64,000 nucleotides of DNA from an uncultured Anaerolineaceae bacterium. Its GTDB lineage: Bacteria; Chloroflexota; Limnocylindria; Limnocylindrales; CSP1-4. The notes below the pieces were generated by a model. It was given only the letters and a program-made list of their open reading frames with translations, was not told the origin of the DNA and did not search any database. Where the stretch lies: NCBI GenBank assembly GCA_964425305.1, contig CAYRMQ010000001.1:1786-65785 (forward strand). Direction: 5' to 3'. The position numbers and the translations under genes were made by a program. Numbering within the stretch: position 1 is the stretch's first letter; every line of letters starts with the position of its first letter. Below are positions 1 to 9,069 of the stretch, piece by piece.

Positions 1-707
1 GTGCCGTCGGGCGCCTCCCAGGTCACGTCGAGCATGTTGCTGGCGTTGGCCAGCTGGCCGCGCTCGGCGTCGGCGACGACCCAGTCGAGCTTGCACCAGC
101 CCGGGTCGCGCGCGGCGTCGAGCCAGGCGATCGTCTGCGCTGTTCCCTCAGCCGACTCGACCTTCATCTCGCCGGCGGTCACCTCGGCCGGCGTCCAGCT
201 CATCGGCGAGCCGGCGTGGATGCGCTTGCCGTCCTTGGCGACGTCGTGCTCGAAGGTGCCGAACTTGACCTCCCACAGCCGATGCGTCGGGCCGGCCATC
301 GTCGCCAGCGCCTTCTCGCGGATGACGTCGGCCAGGATGCGGCAGGCCTCCTCGCGCGTCGGCGCCGTGATGTGGACGCGCTCGAAGAAGTCGGCGTCGG
401 CGGGGAACGAGTGGATGCGGCTCTGCGCCGCCGAGCCCGACAGCGCCAGCGCCGTCTTGACGTCGTCGCGGTTCTCGAAGCCGACGATCGCCGCCAGGCG
501 GCGGAAGCGGGCCAGCTCGTCGGGGCGCAGGTCGAGCATCGTCGCGCGATGACCGAAGACGCCGCTGTCGACGTCGACGACGACGTCGCCGCCGGCCGCC
601 TCGCGCGCCATCGCCGCGATCCACTCGCGCGCCTCCTGCTCGTCGAGCTCCACGCCGAGGCGCTCGGCCGATTCGATGACGCGCTGGATGGCTGCTTCTT
701 GAGGCAT
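1..707 (-). CDS. hypothetical protein, N-terminal 235 codons only (gene runs off the window start)
   Basis: ATG at 707 is preceded by GGAGGGGAGGGG. The frame stays open to position 1 and third codon positions are G/C-rich. It is absent from the ORF track because no stop lies in the window. It sits 21 nt downstream of the aldehyde dehydrogenase stop on the same strand. No family recognised. Confidence 0.55.
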   Translation of the reverse strand, partial: MPQEAAIQRVIESAERLGVELDEQEAREWIAAMAREAAGGDVVVDVDSGVFGHRATMLDLRPDELARFRRLAAIVGFENRDDVKTALALSGSAAQSRIHSFPADADFFERVHITAPTREEACRILADVIREKALATMAGPTHRLWEVKFGTFEHDVAKDGKRIHAGSPMSWTPAEVTAGEMKVESAEGTAQTIAWLDAARDPGWCKLDWVVADAERGQLANASNMLDVTWEAPDG

Positions 708-728
708 CGTTCCCCTCCCCTCCGCGGG

Positions 729-2258
729 CTACTGGTTGTCGATCTGCGCTCGCTGAAGCCGGCCCGAGTAGTCGACGTAGATCGACTTCCACTCGGAGAA
801 CGTGTCGAGCGCCGCGTGGCCCGCCTCGCGGTGGCCGTTGCCCGTACCCTTCATGCCGCCGAAGGGCAGGTGCGTCTCGGCGCCGATGGTGCCGGCGTTG
901 ACGTAGACGATGCCCGTCGTGAAGTCGCGCATCGCCCGGAACGCGCTGTTCGTGTCGCGCGTGTAGATGCTCGACGACAGCCCGTAGCGCGTCGTGTTGA
1001 CGACCATCGCCGCGTCCTCGTAGCTGGGCACGCGGATGACGCTCAGCACCGGCCCGAAGATCTCCTCCTGCGCCACGCGGTCCATCGGCTTGACCTCGTC
1101 GAGGATCGTCGGCCCGAAGAAGTGGCCGTGGGCCAGGTCGCGCTCGCCTGCCGGCTCGCCGCCGCAGACCAGTTGCGCGCCCTCCTCCTCGCCGATCTCG
1201 ACGTAGCGCGCCACCTTCTCCATGGCGCCCGCATTGATCAGTGGCCCGACGTCGGTCTCCGGCTCGAGGCCCGAGCCGAGGCGCAGCCCGGCCGCGCGCC
1301 GGGCCAGCCGATCGACGAGCTCGTCGGCGACGGCCTGGTGGACGACCAGCCGAGAGCAGGCGGTACACCGCTGGCCGGTGGTGCCGAAGGCCGACCAGAG
1401 GATGCCGTCGACGGCCAGGTCGAGGTCGGCGTCGTCCAACACGACGATGGCGTTCTTGCCGCCGAGCTCGAGCGAGAGGCGCTTCAGGCGGCGGGCCGCG
1501 CGCTCGGCGATGTGGCGGCCGGTGTCGCTGCTGCCGGTGAAGCTGATGACGTTGACGTCGGGGCTGTCGACGATGGGCATGCCCGCCGCCTCGCCCGAGC
1601 CGGTGACGAGGTTCACCGTGCCCGCCGGGAAGCCCGCCTCGTGCATCAGCTCGACGAGCAGCGCCGCGCAGTGCGGCGTGTCCGACGCCGGCTTAAAGAC
1701 GACGGTGTTGCCGCAGATCAGCGCGGCCATCATCTTCCAGCACGGGATCGCGATGGGGAAGTTCCAGGGCGTGATGATGCCGGCGACGCCGATCGGCTCG
1801 CGCACGCTCATCGCCCACTTGTCGGGCAGCTCCGACGGCGTCGTGTCGCCGAACAGCCGCCGCCCCTCGCCGGCCATCAGGAACGCGATGTCGATGCCCT
1901 CCTGCACGTCGCCGCGCGCCTCGGGCAGGACCTTGCCCATCTCGCGCGTCATCTGTCGGGCGAGGCGCTCCTTGTGCTCGGCGAGCAGCGCGCCGAAGCG
2001 GTACATGATCTCGCCGCGCTTGGGCGCCGGCAGCGAGCGCCAGGCGGGCAACGCCTCCTCGGCGGCGCGGATGGCGGCGGCGGCGTCGGCCGCGTCAGAC
2101 GCGGCGAAGGTGGCGATGACGTCGCGCGTGTCGGCCGGGTTGACAGATTCCAACGTCCGGCCGCTCTCCGCCGGCCGCCACTCTCCGCCGATGAAGTTGC
2201 CGTACGTCGTGGTCGTCGCCTCGCTGGCGCGCGCGCCCGGGCCGGCGGTCTGGGTCAT
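729..2258 (-). CDS. NAD(P)-dependent aldehyde dehydrogenase
   Basis: 509 aa from Met251 of ORF 729..3008. Motifs present: FTGSSDTG, catalytic-Glu motif ELGGKN, catalytic-Cys motif GQRCTA, and EEIFGPV. Confidence 0.9.
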   Translation of the reverse strand: MTQTAGPGARASEATTTTYGNFIGGEWRPAESGRTLESVNPADTRDVIATFAASDAADAAAAIRAAEEALPAWRSLPAPKRGEIMYRFGALLAEHKERLARQMTREMGKVLPEARGDVQEGIDIAFLMAGEGRRLFGDTTPSELPDKWAMSVREPIGVAGIITPWNFPIAIPCWKMMAALICGNTVVFKPASDTPHCAALLVELMHEAGFPAGTVNLVTGSGEAAGMPIVDSPDVNVISFTGSSDTGRHIAERAARRLKRLSLELGGKNAIVVLDDADLDLAVDGILWSAFGTTGQRCTACSRLVVHQAVADELVDRLARRAAGLRLGSGLEPETDVGPLINAGAMEKVARYVEIGEEEGAQLVCGGEPAGERDLAHGHFFGPTILDEVKPMDRVAQEEIFGPVLSVIRVPSYEDAAMVVNTTRYGLSSSIYTRDTNSAFRAMRDFTTGIVYVNAGTIGAETHLPFGGMKGTGNGHREAGHAALDTFSEWKSIYVDYSGRLQRAQIDNQ

Positions 2259-2299
2259 GCGCCGATTGTAAGACCGCCGGCTTGGGAATCGGGCGGACG

Positions 2300-3190
2300 T
2301 CAGCCCTTGACCGAGCCGCCCAGGATGCCGCGCACGAAGTAGCGCTGGAGCAGCAGGAAGACGGTCACCGGCAGCGCCATCGAGATGAAGGCGGCCGCCG
2401 TCAGGAAGTGCCACTCCCCGCCGAGCGAGTTGACCAGGTTGGCGATGGTCACCGTCAGCGGGTGATTGGGGATGTTCGGGCCGAGGTAGATCAGCGCCAC
2501 CAGCAGGTCGTTCCAGACCCACAGGAACTGGAAGATGGTCAGCGCCGCGATCGCCGGCACGCTCATCGGCACGGCCAGCCGGAAGAAGGCGACGGGCGCG
2601 CTGGCGCCGTCGATCGCCGCCGACTCGAAGACCTCGCGCGGCAAGGCGCCCATGAAGTTGCGCAGCAGGAAGAGGGCGAACGGCAGCCCGTAGCCGGTAT
2701 GCGCCAGCCAGACGGCGAGGAAGCTGCCCGCCAGGCCCAAGTCGCGGAACAGGATCTGCAGCGGCACGAACGTCATCTGCAGCGGCACAACCAGCAGCCC
2801 GACGACGATCACGAAGAGCAGGTTCTTGAACGGGAAGTTCATCCATGCGAAGCCGTAGGCGGCGAAGGCGGCGACGGTGATCGGGATGATCGTCGCCGGG
2901 ATGGTCAGGATCAGGCTGTTGACGAAGGCGTCGCCGACGCCCTGCGCGGTCAGGACATGTTCGTAGTTCGCGAGCGTGTAGTCCCACGGCGGAAAGATGG
3001 CCGTCCACCAGCCCTCGAAGCGGATGGCGGCGCCGGGTCTGAACGAGTTCACCAGCAGGCCCAGGCTGGGAATGATCCAGAGCAGCAGCAGGATGCCGAT
3101 GGTCAGGTGCAGCGGCCAGCGGCCGAGCGCCCTGCGCAGCTGGCCCGGCTGGGCCCGGACGCGGGGGGCGGCTTCCGTTCGGGCGGTCAT
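2300..3190 (-). CDS. carbohydrate ABC transporter permease (MalG/UgpE-like)
   Basis: 296 aa from Met93 of ORF 2300..3466. Six predicted TM helices and an EAA-loop-like ESAAIDGAS..FFRLAVP. ATGA overlap with the upstream permease stop. Confidence 0.9.
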   Translation of the reverse strand: MTARTEAAPRVRAQPGQLRRALGRWPLHLTIGILLLLWIIPSLGLLVNSFRPGAAIRFEGWWTAIFPPWDYTLANYEHVLTAQGVGDAFVNSLILTIPATIIPITVAAFAAYGFAWMNFPFKNLLFVIVVGLLVVPLQMTFVPLQILFRDLGLAGSFLAVWLAHTGYGLPFALFLLRNFMGALPREVFESAAIDGASAPVAFFRLAVPMSVPAIAALTIFQFLWVWNDLLVALIYLGPNIPNHPLTVTIANLVNSLGGEWHFLTAAAFISMALPVTVFLLLQRYFVRGILGGSVKG

Positions 3191-4629
3191 CGGATGGCCT
3201 CCTGCTCCTGGAAGCGCCTGATGTTGAACAGCATCATCGGGATGATGACGATGAGCAGCACGACCGCCACCGCGCTCGCCCGCCCGAACTGGGCGAAGCG
3301 GAACTGCTGCCACATCTCGTTGGCGATGACGTTCGTGTCGAATTGGCCGGCGGTCATGGTGTAGACGATGTCGAAGGTCTTGATGGCGAAGATGATCATC
3401 GTCGTCGAGACGACCGCGATCGTGGGCATCAGCAGCGGCAGGATGATCCGGCGGAAGACCTGCCACTCGTTGGCGCCGTCAACGCGCGCTGCCTCGAGCA
3501 GCTCGGTGCTGATCCCTTTCAGGCCGGCCGACAGGATGACCATGCAGAAGCCGGTCCACATCCACGCTCCGACGACGATCAGCCAGAAGTTGTTGAGGGC
3601 GAAGTCGCGCTGGGCAAGGAAGTTGACCGGCTGGGCATTGAACGGTGCGCCCAGGGTTACCCAGATCGCGTTGATCGTGCCCGTCTGCGGCGTGCCCGGG
3701 ATACTCCAGTCGTACATGAAGCGCCAGATGACGGCCGCCGCCACGAAGCTGATCGCCATCGGAACAAAGATCACCGTCTTGGCCGCCGACTCGTAGCGCA
3801 CACGGTCGACGAGGATGGCGATGATCAGGCCCATGCCGACAGTCAGCAAAGTGAAGAAGACGAGCCACAGGACGTTGTTGCGCAAGGCCAGCAGAGTCGC
3901 GTCGGTCGAGAAGAACCATTCGTAGTTGGCGAGACCCACCCATGCCTGGCCGGCCTGGTCGCGGAAGGACCGGATCAAGGTCTCGATCGTGGGGTAGACG
4001 AGGAAGACGGTCAGAAAGGCTAGCGCCGGGAAGAGCCACAGCCACGGGCGCAGGCGCGGTTGCCAGCGGCCGGGGAAGTGGCGCAGCGTGTGCTCCGTCA
4101 GCACGATGTAACCGACGAGCACGCCCGGCACGCCGATGAGCACGATGACGACCATTGCGCCCTGCTCGCCCAGCCGCGCCGAGTCGGTCACCTGCCGCAG
4201 CACGTTGCCCAGCTCGTCGAGAATCGGCGGCACAGCGACGACCATCGCGAACAGCGCGATCAGCGCCACGAGCAGCGCCGCCCATGGAACCTCCTCCTCG
4301 CCGTGCCTGGCGGCGTCCGCGTCGCGATTGGCGATGGCAACCCAGCGCGGCAGGGCCATTGCGTCGAGCAGCAGCTGGCCGGCGAAGAGCACGACGGCGA
4401 CGGCCCACAGCGCGCCGAGGCGTTCGTTGATGACGTCCTGGAACAGCAACCAGCTGCCCACCACGGACAGCAGTGCGATGACGTAGATCGCGCCATCGCG
4501 CACGTGGCCGAGATACCAGCGGTGGCCGCCCACAAGCCCGGCCAGCATGGCGATGTAGGCAGTCCGCGTTTCCCTGGTGCCGCCGGCGCCATCGGGTTGG
4601 GCGGTAGAAGTCCCTCGAGCCTCGCCCAT
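3187..4629 (-). CDS. carbohydrate ABC transporter permease (MalF/UgpA-like) with an N-terminal extension of about 200 aa carrying a TM2-like motif
   Basis: EAA loop is EAARVDGANEWQVFRRIILP. The N-terminus carries GGHRWYLG. An internal start near MVVIVLIG cannot be excluded. Confidence 0.85.
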   Translation of the reverse strand: MGEARGTSTAQPDGAGGTRETRTAYIAMLAGLVGGHRWYLGHVRDGAIYVIALLSVVGSWLLFQDVINERLGALWAVAVVLFAGQLLLDAMALPRWVAIANRDADAARHGEEEVPWAALLVALIALFAMVVAVPPILDELGNVLRQVTDSARLGEQGAMVVIVLIGVPGVLVGYIVLTEHTLRHFPGRWQPRLRPWLWLFPALAFLTVFLVYPTIETLIRSFRDQAGQAWVGLANYEWFFSTDATLLALRNNVLWLVFFTLLTVGMGLIIAILVDRVRYESAAKTVIFVPMAISFVAAAVIWRFMYDWSIPGTPQTGTINAIWVTLGAPFNAQPVNFLAQRDFALNNFWLIVVGAWMWTGFCMVILSAGLKGISTELLEAARVDGANEWQVFRRIILPLLMPTIAVVSTTMIIFAIKTFDIVYTMTAGQFDTNVIANEMWQQFRFAQFGRASAVAVVLLIVIIPMMLFNIRRFQEQEAIR

Positions 4630-4686
4630 GGCTCCCTCCTCGTACTGAGAGGGCGGTGGCTTGCGCCACCGCCCTCTATGAACCGG

Positions 4687-6075
4687 CTATTCGGCCTGAT
4701 AGGCCTCCGCCTGGACCTCATCCAGGCGCTGGAGGATCTGATCGAGCTGCCCAGGGTTCTGGGTGTAGTCGACCATCGCCGTCCAGAAGGCGGCGTTCAT
4801 CGCCTCGGGCATCAGGTCGGATGCGTCGAAGCGGAACACCTGCGACTCGGCCAGTGCCTCGGCCGACTTCTGCGCCACCGGGTCGGGATACTCCGTCACC
4901 TGCGTGTTGCCCGAAATCGCGCCACCGATGTCGACCCAGATCTGCTGGGCCTCGGGCGTCACCAGCCACTGGATCAGCGCGCGCGCCTGCGGCGTGTCGT
5001 TGAACATGCCGAACAGGTCGCCCGCGCCGGTCAGCGCTCCCTGAAACTCGGGATTGATGTCGGGCATGATGAAGAAGTCGTAGTCGGTGCCGGCCTGCGG
5101 CGCGGACGGATAGTCGTCGAAGAAGCCGCTCATGAAGCTGGCCTGATGGTGGAACAGGCAGCCCGGCGGATCGGTGAACAGCGGCTGGCCCGCATCACCG
5201 AAGTTGGTGCTGAGCACGAAGTCCGTGCCGCCGAAGGCGTTCTGCACCGCCTGGCCGTACGACTCGAAGGCCTGCCGGATCTCGGGCGAGGTCCAGGCGT
5301 GCTGGCCGTTGAGCCAGGCGTCGTAGACCTCCGGGCCCGACTGGCGGATGACGAGGTCCTCGATCCAGTCGGTCGCCGGCCAGCCAGTGGCGGCGCCCGA
5401 TTCGATGCCGATGCACCAGCCAGCCTGCGCAGGATCAGGGCTCGCTGCGCGCTGCTCGACGGTCGCCCAGTCGGCCGGTTCGCCGTCGGTGTAGTGGTTG
5501 GGGTTGTACCAGATCAGGCCCTTGACGGCGCTCTTGATGAAGACGCCGGCAAGCAAGCCGTCGACGGTCCCGAGCTCGACGAACGCGGGCGACGTCTGCT
5601 CGACGTAGGTGTCGTAGTCGAGAACGCCGGTCAGGTCGACCAGCGCGCCCTGGCGCGCCCACGCCTGCATCTGGCCCGGTCCCGGCAGACCAGCGAGGTC
5701 GGGCAGGATGCCGGACTGGACGCCCGTCGTCAGGACGGTGTTGATGTCGCGCGTGCCGGTGTACTGCACGTCGACGCCGGTGCGCTCCTCGAACGGGGCG
5801 ACCATCGCCAGGAACGCCTCCTGCTCGGCACCTCCCCACGTGCCGATGACGGTCACCGTGCCGCCCTCGACCGGCGGGGTCTCGCCGGGCGTCTCGGGCG
5901 GGGCGGGGGTGTCGCCGGGTGTCTCGCCCGGACCGGGCGTCGTGGGCGGCGGCGTGTCGCCCGGGGTGCCCGGTGGCGCCGGCGTCTCGCCGGGTGCGGC
6001 ACAGGCGGCCACGAGCAGGCTCAGCGCCGCAAGCGCGGCAAGCCACCTCGAGACGGGATGGATGGATCGAACCAC
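4687..6075 (-). CDS. ABC transporter solute-binding lipoprotein (family 1, sugar type)
   Basis: GTG start with GAGGAGGAGG upstream. Signal peptide plus lipobox LLVAAC, then a Pro/Thr/Gly linker and a typical SBP_bac_1-like body. Confidence 0.9.
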   Translation of the reverse strand: MVRSIHPVSRWLAALAALSLLVAACAAPGETPAPPGTPGDTPPPTTPGPGETPGDTPAPPETPGETPPVEGGTVTVIGTWGGAEQEAFLAMVAPFEERTGVDVQYTGTRDINTVLTTGVQSGILPDLAGLPGPGQMQAWARQGALVDLTGVLDYDTYVEQTSPAFVELGTVDGLLAGVFIKSAVKGLIWYNPNHYTDGEPADWATVEQRAASPDPAQAGWCIGIESGAATGWPATDWIEDLVIRQSGPEVYDAWLNGQHAWTSPEIRQAFESYGQAVQNAFGGTDFVLSTNFGDAGQPLFTDPPGCLFHHQASFMSGFFDDYPSAPQAGTDYDFFIMPDINPEFQGALTGAGDLFGMFNDTPQARALIQWLVTPEAQQIWVDIGGAISGNTQVTEYPDPVAQKSAEALAESQVFRFDASDLMPEAMNAAFWTAMVDYTQNPGQLDQILQRLDEVQAEAYQAE

Positions 6076-6250
6076 GTACTGCCTCCTCCTCTGTGTTGGT
6101 CCTCCGGCGAAAGATTGGCCGGATGGACCATCGAATCGCCGTGGAACCAGGACCGCCGGCGACCCGGATCTGTGGGCGTGTCTGGGACGCCCGGTTGATC
6201 CCCCTGGTAGGTGCAGATTGGCACAGGGTACTGGGGAAATACGCCGTAGG

Positions 6251-6271
6251 CAAACGCAGCGGATTGCTGCG
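6251..6271 (-). terminator. putative intrinsic terminator after the MFS gene
   Basis: On the minus strand it reads CGCAGC-AATCC-GCTGCG followed by TTTG, 59 nt after the stop at 6330. The U tract is short. Confidence 0.35.
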
Positions 6272-6329
6272 TCGGGCGCACTCGGATTGCTGCGCGGGTG
6301 CGGCGGACTGCGGCGCCGGGCGCGGCGGA

Positions 6330-7691
6330 TCAGTCCTCATACTCCTGCCCGAGCGCCTCGCGCGTGGGCTGCGGATGGCCCGGCTCGGGCTCGAAGCGAT
6401 GCTCGAAGAGGCGCAGCTGGAAGAGCGGCGGCAGCGCCACGCCGATCAGCACCAGCGTCGCGATGAGGATGCCGTCGAAGCCGAGCGCCTCCACCGCCAG
6501 GCCGCCGATCAGCGCACCCGCTATCTGGCCCAGCGCCAGGAAGACGCTGTACAGGCCCATGATCGCGCCGCGGTCGTCGGGGAAGGCCTCGCTGATGTCG
6601 GCCAGCAGGCCCAGCGCCGCCGGCGTGGCGCCGGCCAGCACGAACAGGCCGGCCGCCATCGGCACCAGCAGCGCCGCCTGCACGAAGAAGGGGTGGGGCA
6701 GGCTGTGGTTGAAGGCGAGCGCCGCCACGACGAGCATCGCGCCGCCGCCGATGCCATAGGCGATGATCGTCGTGCGGCGGTACTTCTTGAAGCGGTCGCC
6801 CCAGTAGATCAGGCCGGCGAAGAAGATCGCCCCCACGAGGATGAAGCCGGCGGTCACCTCCAGCGCGCTGAAGCCACGCCCGAAGAACAGGTGCACGAAG
6901 CGTGGGTCGGGCTCGCGCACCAGGTTGAACAGCGTCTGCGTCGTGTACAGCCCAAGGGCGGCGTTGATGGCGATCCACGTCGGCGCCAGGATCCAGACGT
7001 GTGACGACCTGATCAGCTTCCAGTAGCGGTGCCAGCCGTAGACCGGCCGATGGTGCGGGCCGGCCGGCGCGTCGGGGGCGGCCACTCCCCAGCGGTAGAT
7101 GGCCAGCGAGCCGAAGTAGAAGACGGCGTTGAGCAGAAACGCGGGCGGGCCGAGCAGGGTCCAGAAGATGCCCGCCGAGCCGATGCCGGCACCGATGCCG
7201 GCGATGGTGGCCAGCTCGAAGCGGGCGGCCACCCTTCCGCGCAGGCCGACGTCGGTCGCAGTCGCCATGGCGATGTAGCCGAGGATGCTCGGCACGCTGG
7301 CCGCCGTCGCCGCGCCCTCGAGCACGCGCGTGAAGCCGAGAATCGGGATGTTCGTGGTGAGGGCGGTCAGGATCACGGCAACCGCCCCGAAGACCGGCCC
7401 GTGCTGCATCACCCGGTGGTGGCCGAGCTTGTCTGACAGCAGCCCAAAGACGGGCGAGGCGACCAACTCGGTGGCGTAGAAGAGGGCCGTCAGGACGCCG
7501 AACATGAAGGGCGTCACGATCGTCGGCTCGCCCTCCACGCGGCCGAAGATCAGGTCGAGGACGACGTCGACCGGGAGGCCGTGGTACTGGCCGAGGTCGG
7601 CCAGGTAGAAGGCCAGCATCGCCCCCGTGAGGCCGGTGCTGAAGCGCAGCGTGAAGGTGCCGAACAGCACGGCCACGATGGAGCGGTCCAC
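6330..7691 (-). CDS. MFS transporter
   Basis: 453 aa with about 12 hydrophobic helices and G/C-rich third codon positions. Confidence 0.85.
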   Translation of the reverse strand: MDRSIVAVLFGTFTLRFSTGLTGAMLAFYLADLGQYHGLPVDVVLDLIFGRVEGEPTIVTPFMFGVLTALFYATELVASPVFGLLSDKLGHHRVMQHGPVFGAVAVILTALTTNIPILGFTRVLEGAATAASVPSILGYIAMATATDVGLRGRVAARFELATIAGIGAGIGSAGIFWTLLGPPAFLLNAVFYFGSLAIYRWGVAAPDAPAGPHHRPVYGWHRYWKLIRSSHVWILAPTWIAINAALGLYTTQTLFNLVREPDPRFVHLFFGRGFSALEVTAGFILVGAIFFAGLIYWGDRFKKYRRTTIIAYGIGGGAMLVVAALAFNHSLPHPFFVQAALLVPMAAGLFVLAGATPAALGLLADISEAFPDDRGAIMGLYSVFLALGQIAGALIGGLAVEALGFDGILIATLVLIGVALPPLFQLRLFEHRFEPEPGHPQPTREALGQEYED

Positions 7692-7749
7692 GAGCGCGTA
7701 GGGTATCCGTTCGCGCGGGCAGCGGCGGTCCCCTGAACGTTCCGGCGGC

Positions 7750-7772
7750 GGATAGCACTACACGTGCTATCC
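7750..7772. promoter_or_regulatory. perfect 9-N5-9 inverted repeat GGATAGCAC-TACAC-GTGCTATCC (candidate operator)
   Basis: Read directly from the sequence. It lies about 60 nt upstream of the MFS start, inside a 430-bp non-coding gap. Confidence 0.4.
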
Positions 7773-8121
7773 CATGCTCATCGCGATCGACAACGCGGCC
7801 GGCATGACGGCGACTCCGGCGAGCTGGCCGCTTCCAGCGGCAGCGGAGCCACTCCAGCCGAGCTGGAACTCTCGACCTGGCCCACCGATCGGCGCCGCGT
7901 CACTCCAGCGACACTGGCACGTCTGACCGGGTGCACGCGGCCGGCGCGTGATTCCTCCAGTGGCCTTGGAAGATCCCCCCGGATCGAGGCGCGACCACGC
8001 CGAATACGCGCCGAATCGGTCGGCCTCTCCCGCCGGTCTGGTGCACGCGACAGGCCCGTGTCGGTTTCACCAGTGACGCTGGAGCCAGACCGACAAGCCA
8101 CTACCGCTATCCTCCCCGGTC

Positions 8122-9069
8122 ATGACCGAACGAACCGGGGCGCCGGCCGAGATCGCCTCCCTTGCCGAGGAGCGCGCCGCCGCCCGCCGCGAGCGCGACT
8201 ACGCCACCGCCGATCGCCTCAAGAGCGAGATCGAGGAGGCCGGCTGGCGCGTGATCGACGCCGGCGACGGCTACAGGCTGGTGCCGGCCCATCCACCGAA
8301 CGTGGTCGAGGACGGCGTCGTCCGCTACGGATCGAGCGCAGGCGTGGTGTCGCTCCTCGACGAGCCACCCAGCGCGCCGGTCACGATCGTCCTGCCCGAC
8401 GGCGCGTCGGTCACCGATCCCCCGGCACGCGCGCACTTCGTTCGCGTCGGAGCCCAGCCGCTCGAGGGAGGCGCGAAGGACGGCAGCGAGGTCGTCCGCA
8501 CCGCCGGGTCCCTGGGGCTGGCCGCCGACTGGAACATCGGTATCCGTCGGTCGGTCGGGGAGGTCGTCGTCCTGCTGGCGCCCGGCGTGTCCGTCGGCGA
8601 GGAGGCAGTTGGCCGCCTGTCGGGTGCCCTCGCCGAAGCGTCGGTCGCCGTCGCCGGCGCCGACGGCCTGAGCTCGGCCGACCTGCGCCGCTGGCTGCCC
8701 GCCCCCGCCGGCGAGGTCGACGCGCTCGGCCCCTCTGTGCTCGCCTTCCGCCGCGCCGACGCACGCGACCGCGGCCCGCTCGACGAGCGCTTCATCGATC
8801 CCCTCCGTCTCGCCGTCTGGTGGAGCCTGGTCCTGCGCGACGAGGGCACCGACCGGCCGCCCCGCCGCGCCCTGGCGCTCGAACTGGCCATCTCCCGCCC
8901 GGAGGAGGCCGGGCCTCCGTCTGGCGTTGAGCAACGCGACCGGGCAGCGCGGCGCGACTTCTACCGGCTGATCGACCGTTTCGGCCGGCGCTTCAACCTG
9001 CTGCGCGAGCCGGTCAGGCCCACAGCGGCGTCAGCGAGAGCCCGACGCCAACGACGACCACCGGAATGA
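8122..9069 (+). CDS. hypothetical protein
   Basis: 315-aa ORF with a coding-like composition. The N-terminal helix ERAAARRERDYATADRLKSEIEEAGW resembles the C-terminal helix of cysteinyl-tRNA synthetases. No obvious SD. The 3' end overlaps the convergent rhomboid gene by 56 nt. Confidence 0.5.
   Translation: MTERTGAPAEIASLAEERAAARRERDYATADRLKSEIEEAGWRVIDAGDGYRLVPAHPPNVVEDGVVRYGSSAGVVSLLDEPPSAPVTIVLPDGASVTDPPARAHFVRVGAQPLEGGAKDGSEVVRTAGSLGLAADWNIGIRRSVGEVVVLLAPGVSVGEEAVGRLSGALAEASVAVAGADGLSSADLRRWLPAPAGEVDALGPSVLAFRRADARDRGPLDERFIDPLRLAVWWSLVLRDEGTDRPPRRALALELAISRPEEAGPPSGVEQRDRAARRDFYRLIDRFGRRFNLLREPVRPTAASARARRQRRPPE

Noticed and set aside
216-2342. There are very long ORFs antisense to or out of frame with recognised genes. 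Examples are 216..2342 plus, 4060..6198 plus, 17188..19287 plus, 9832..11367 plus, 22019..23215 minus, 36406..37854 minus and 43899..45059 minus.
   Set aside because: Their products are Arg/Gly/Pro/Ala-rich and low in complexity. Each fully overlaps a gene with clear family motifs. These are the shadow ORFs typical of high-GC DNA.
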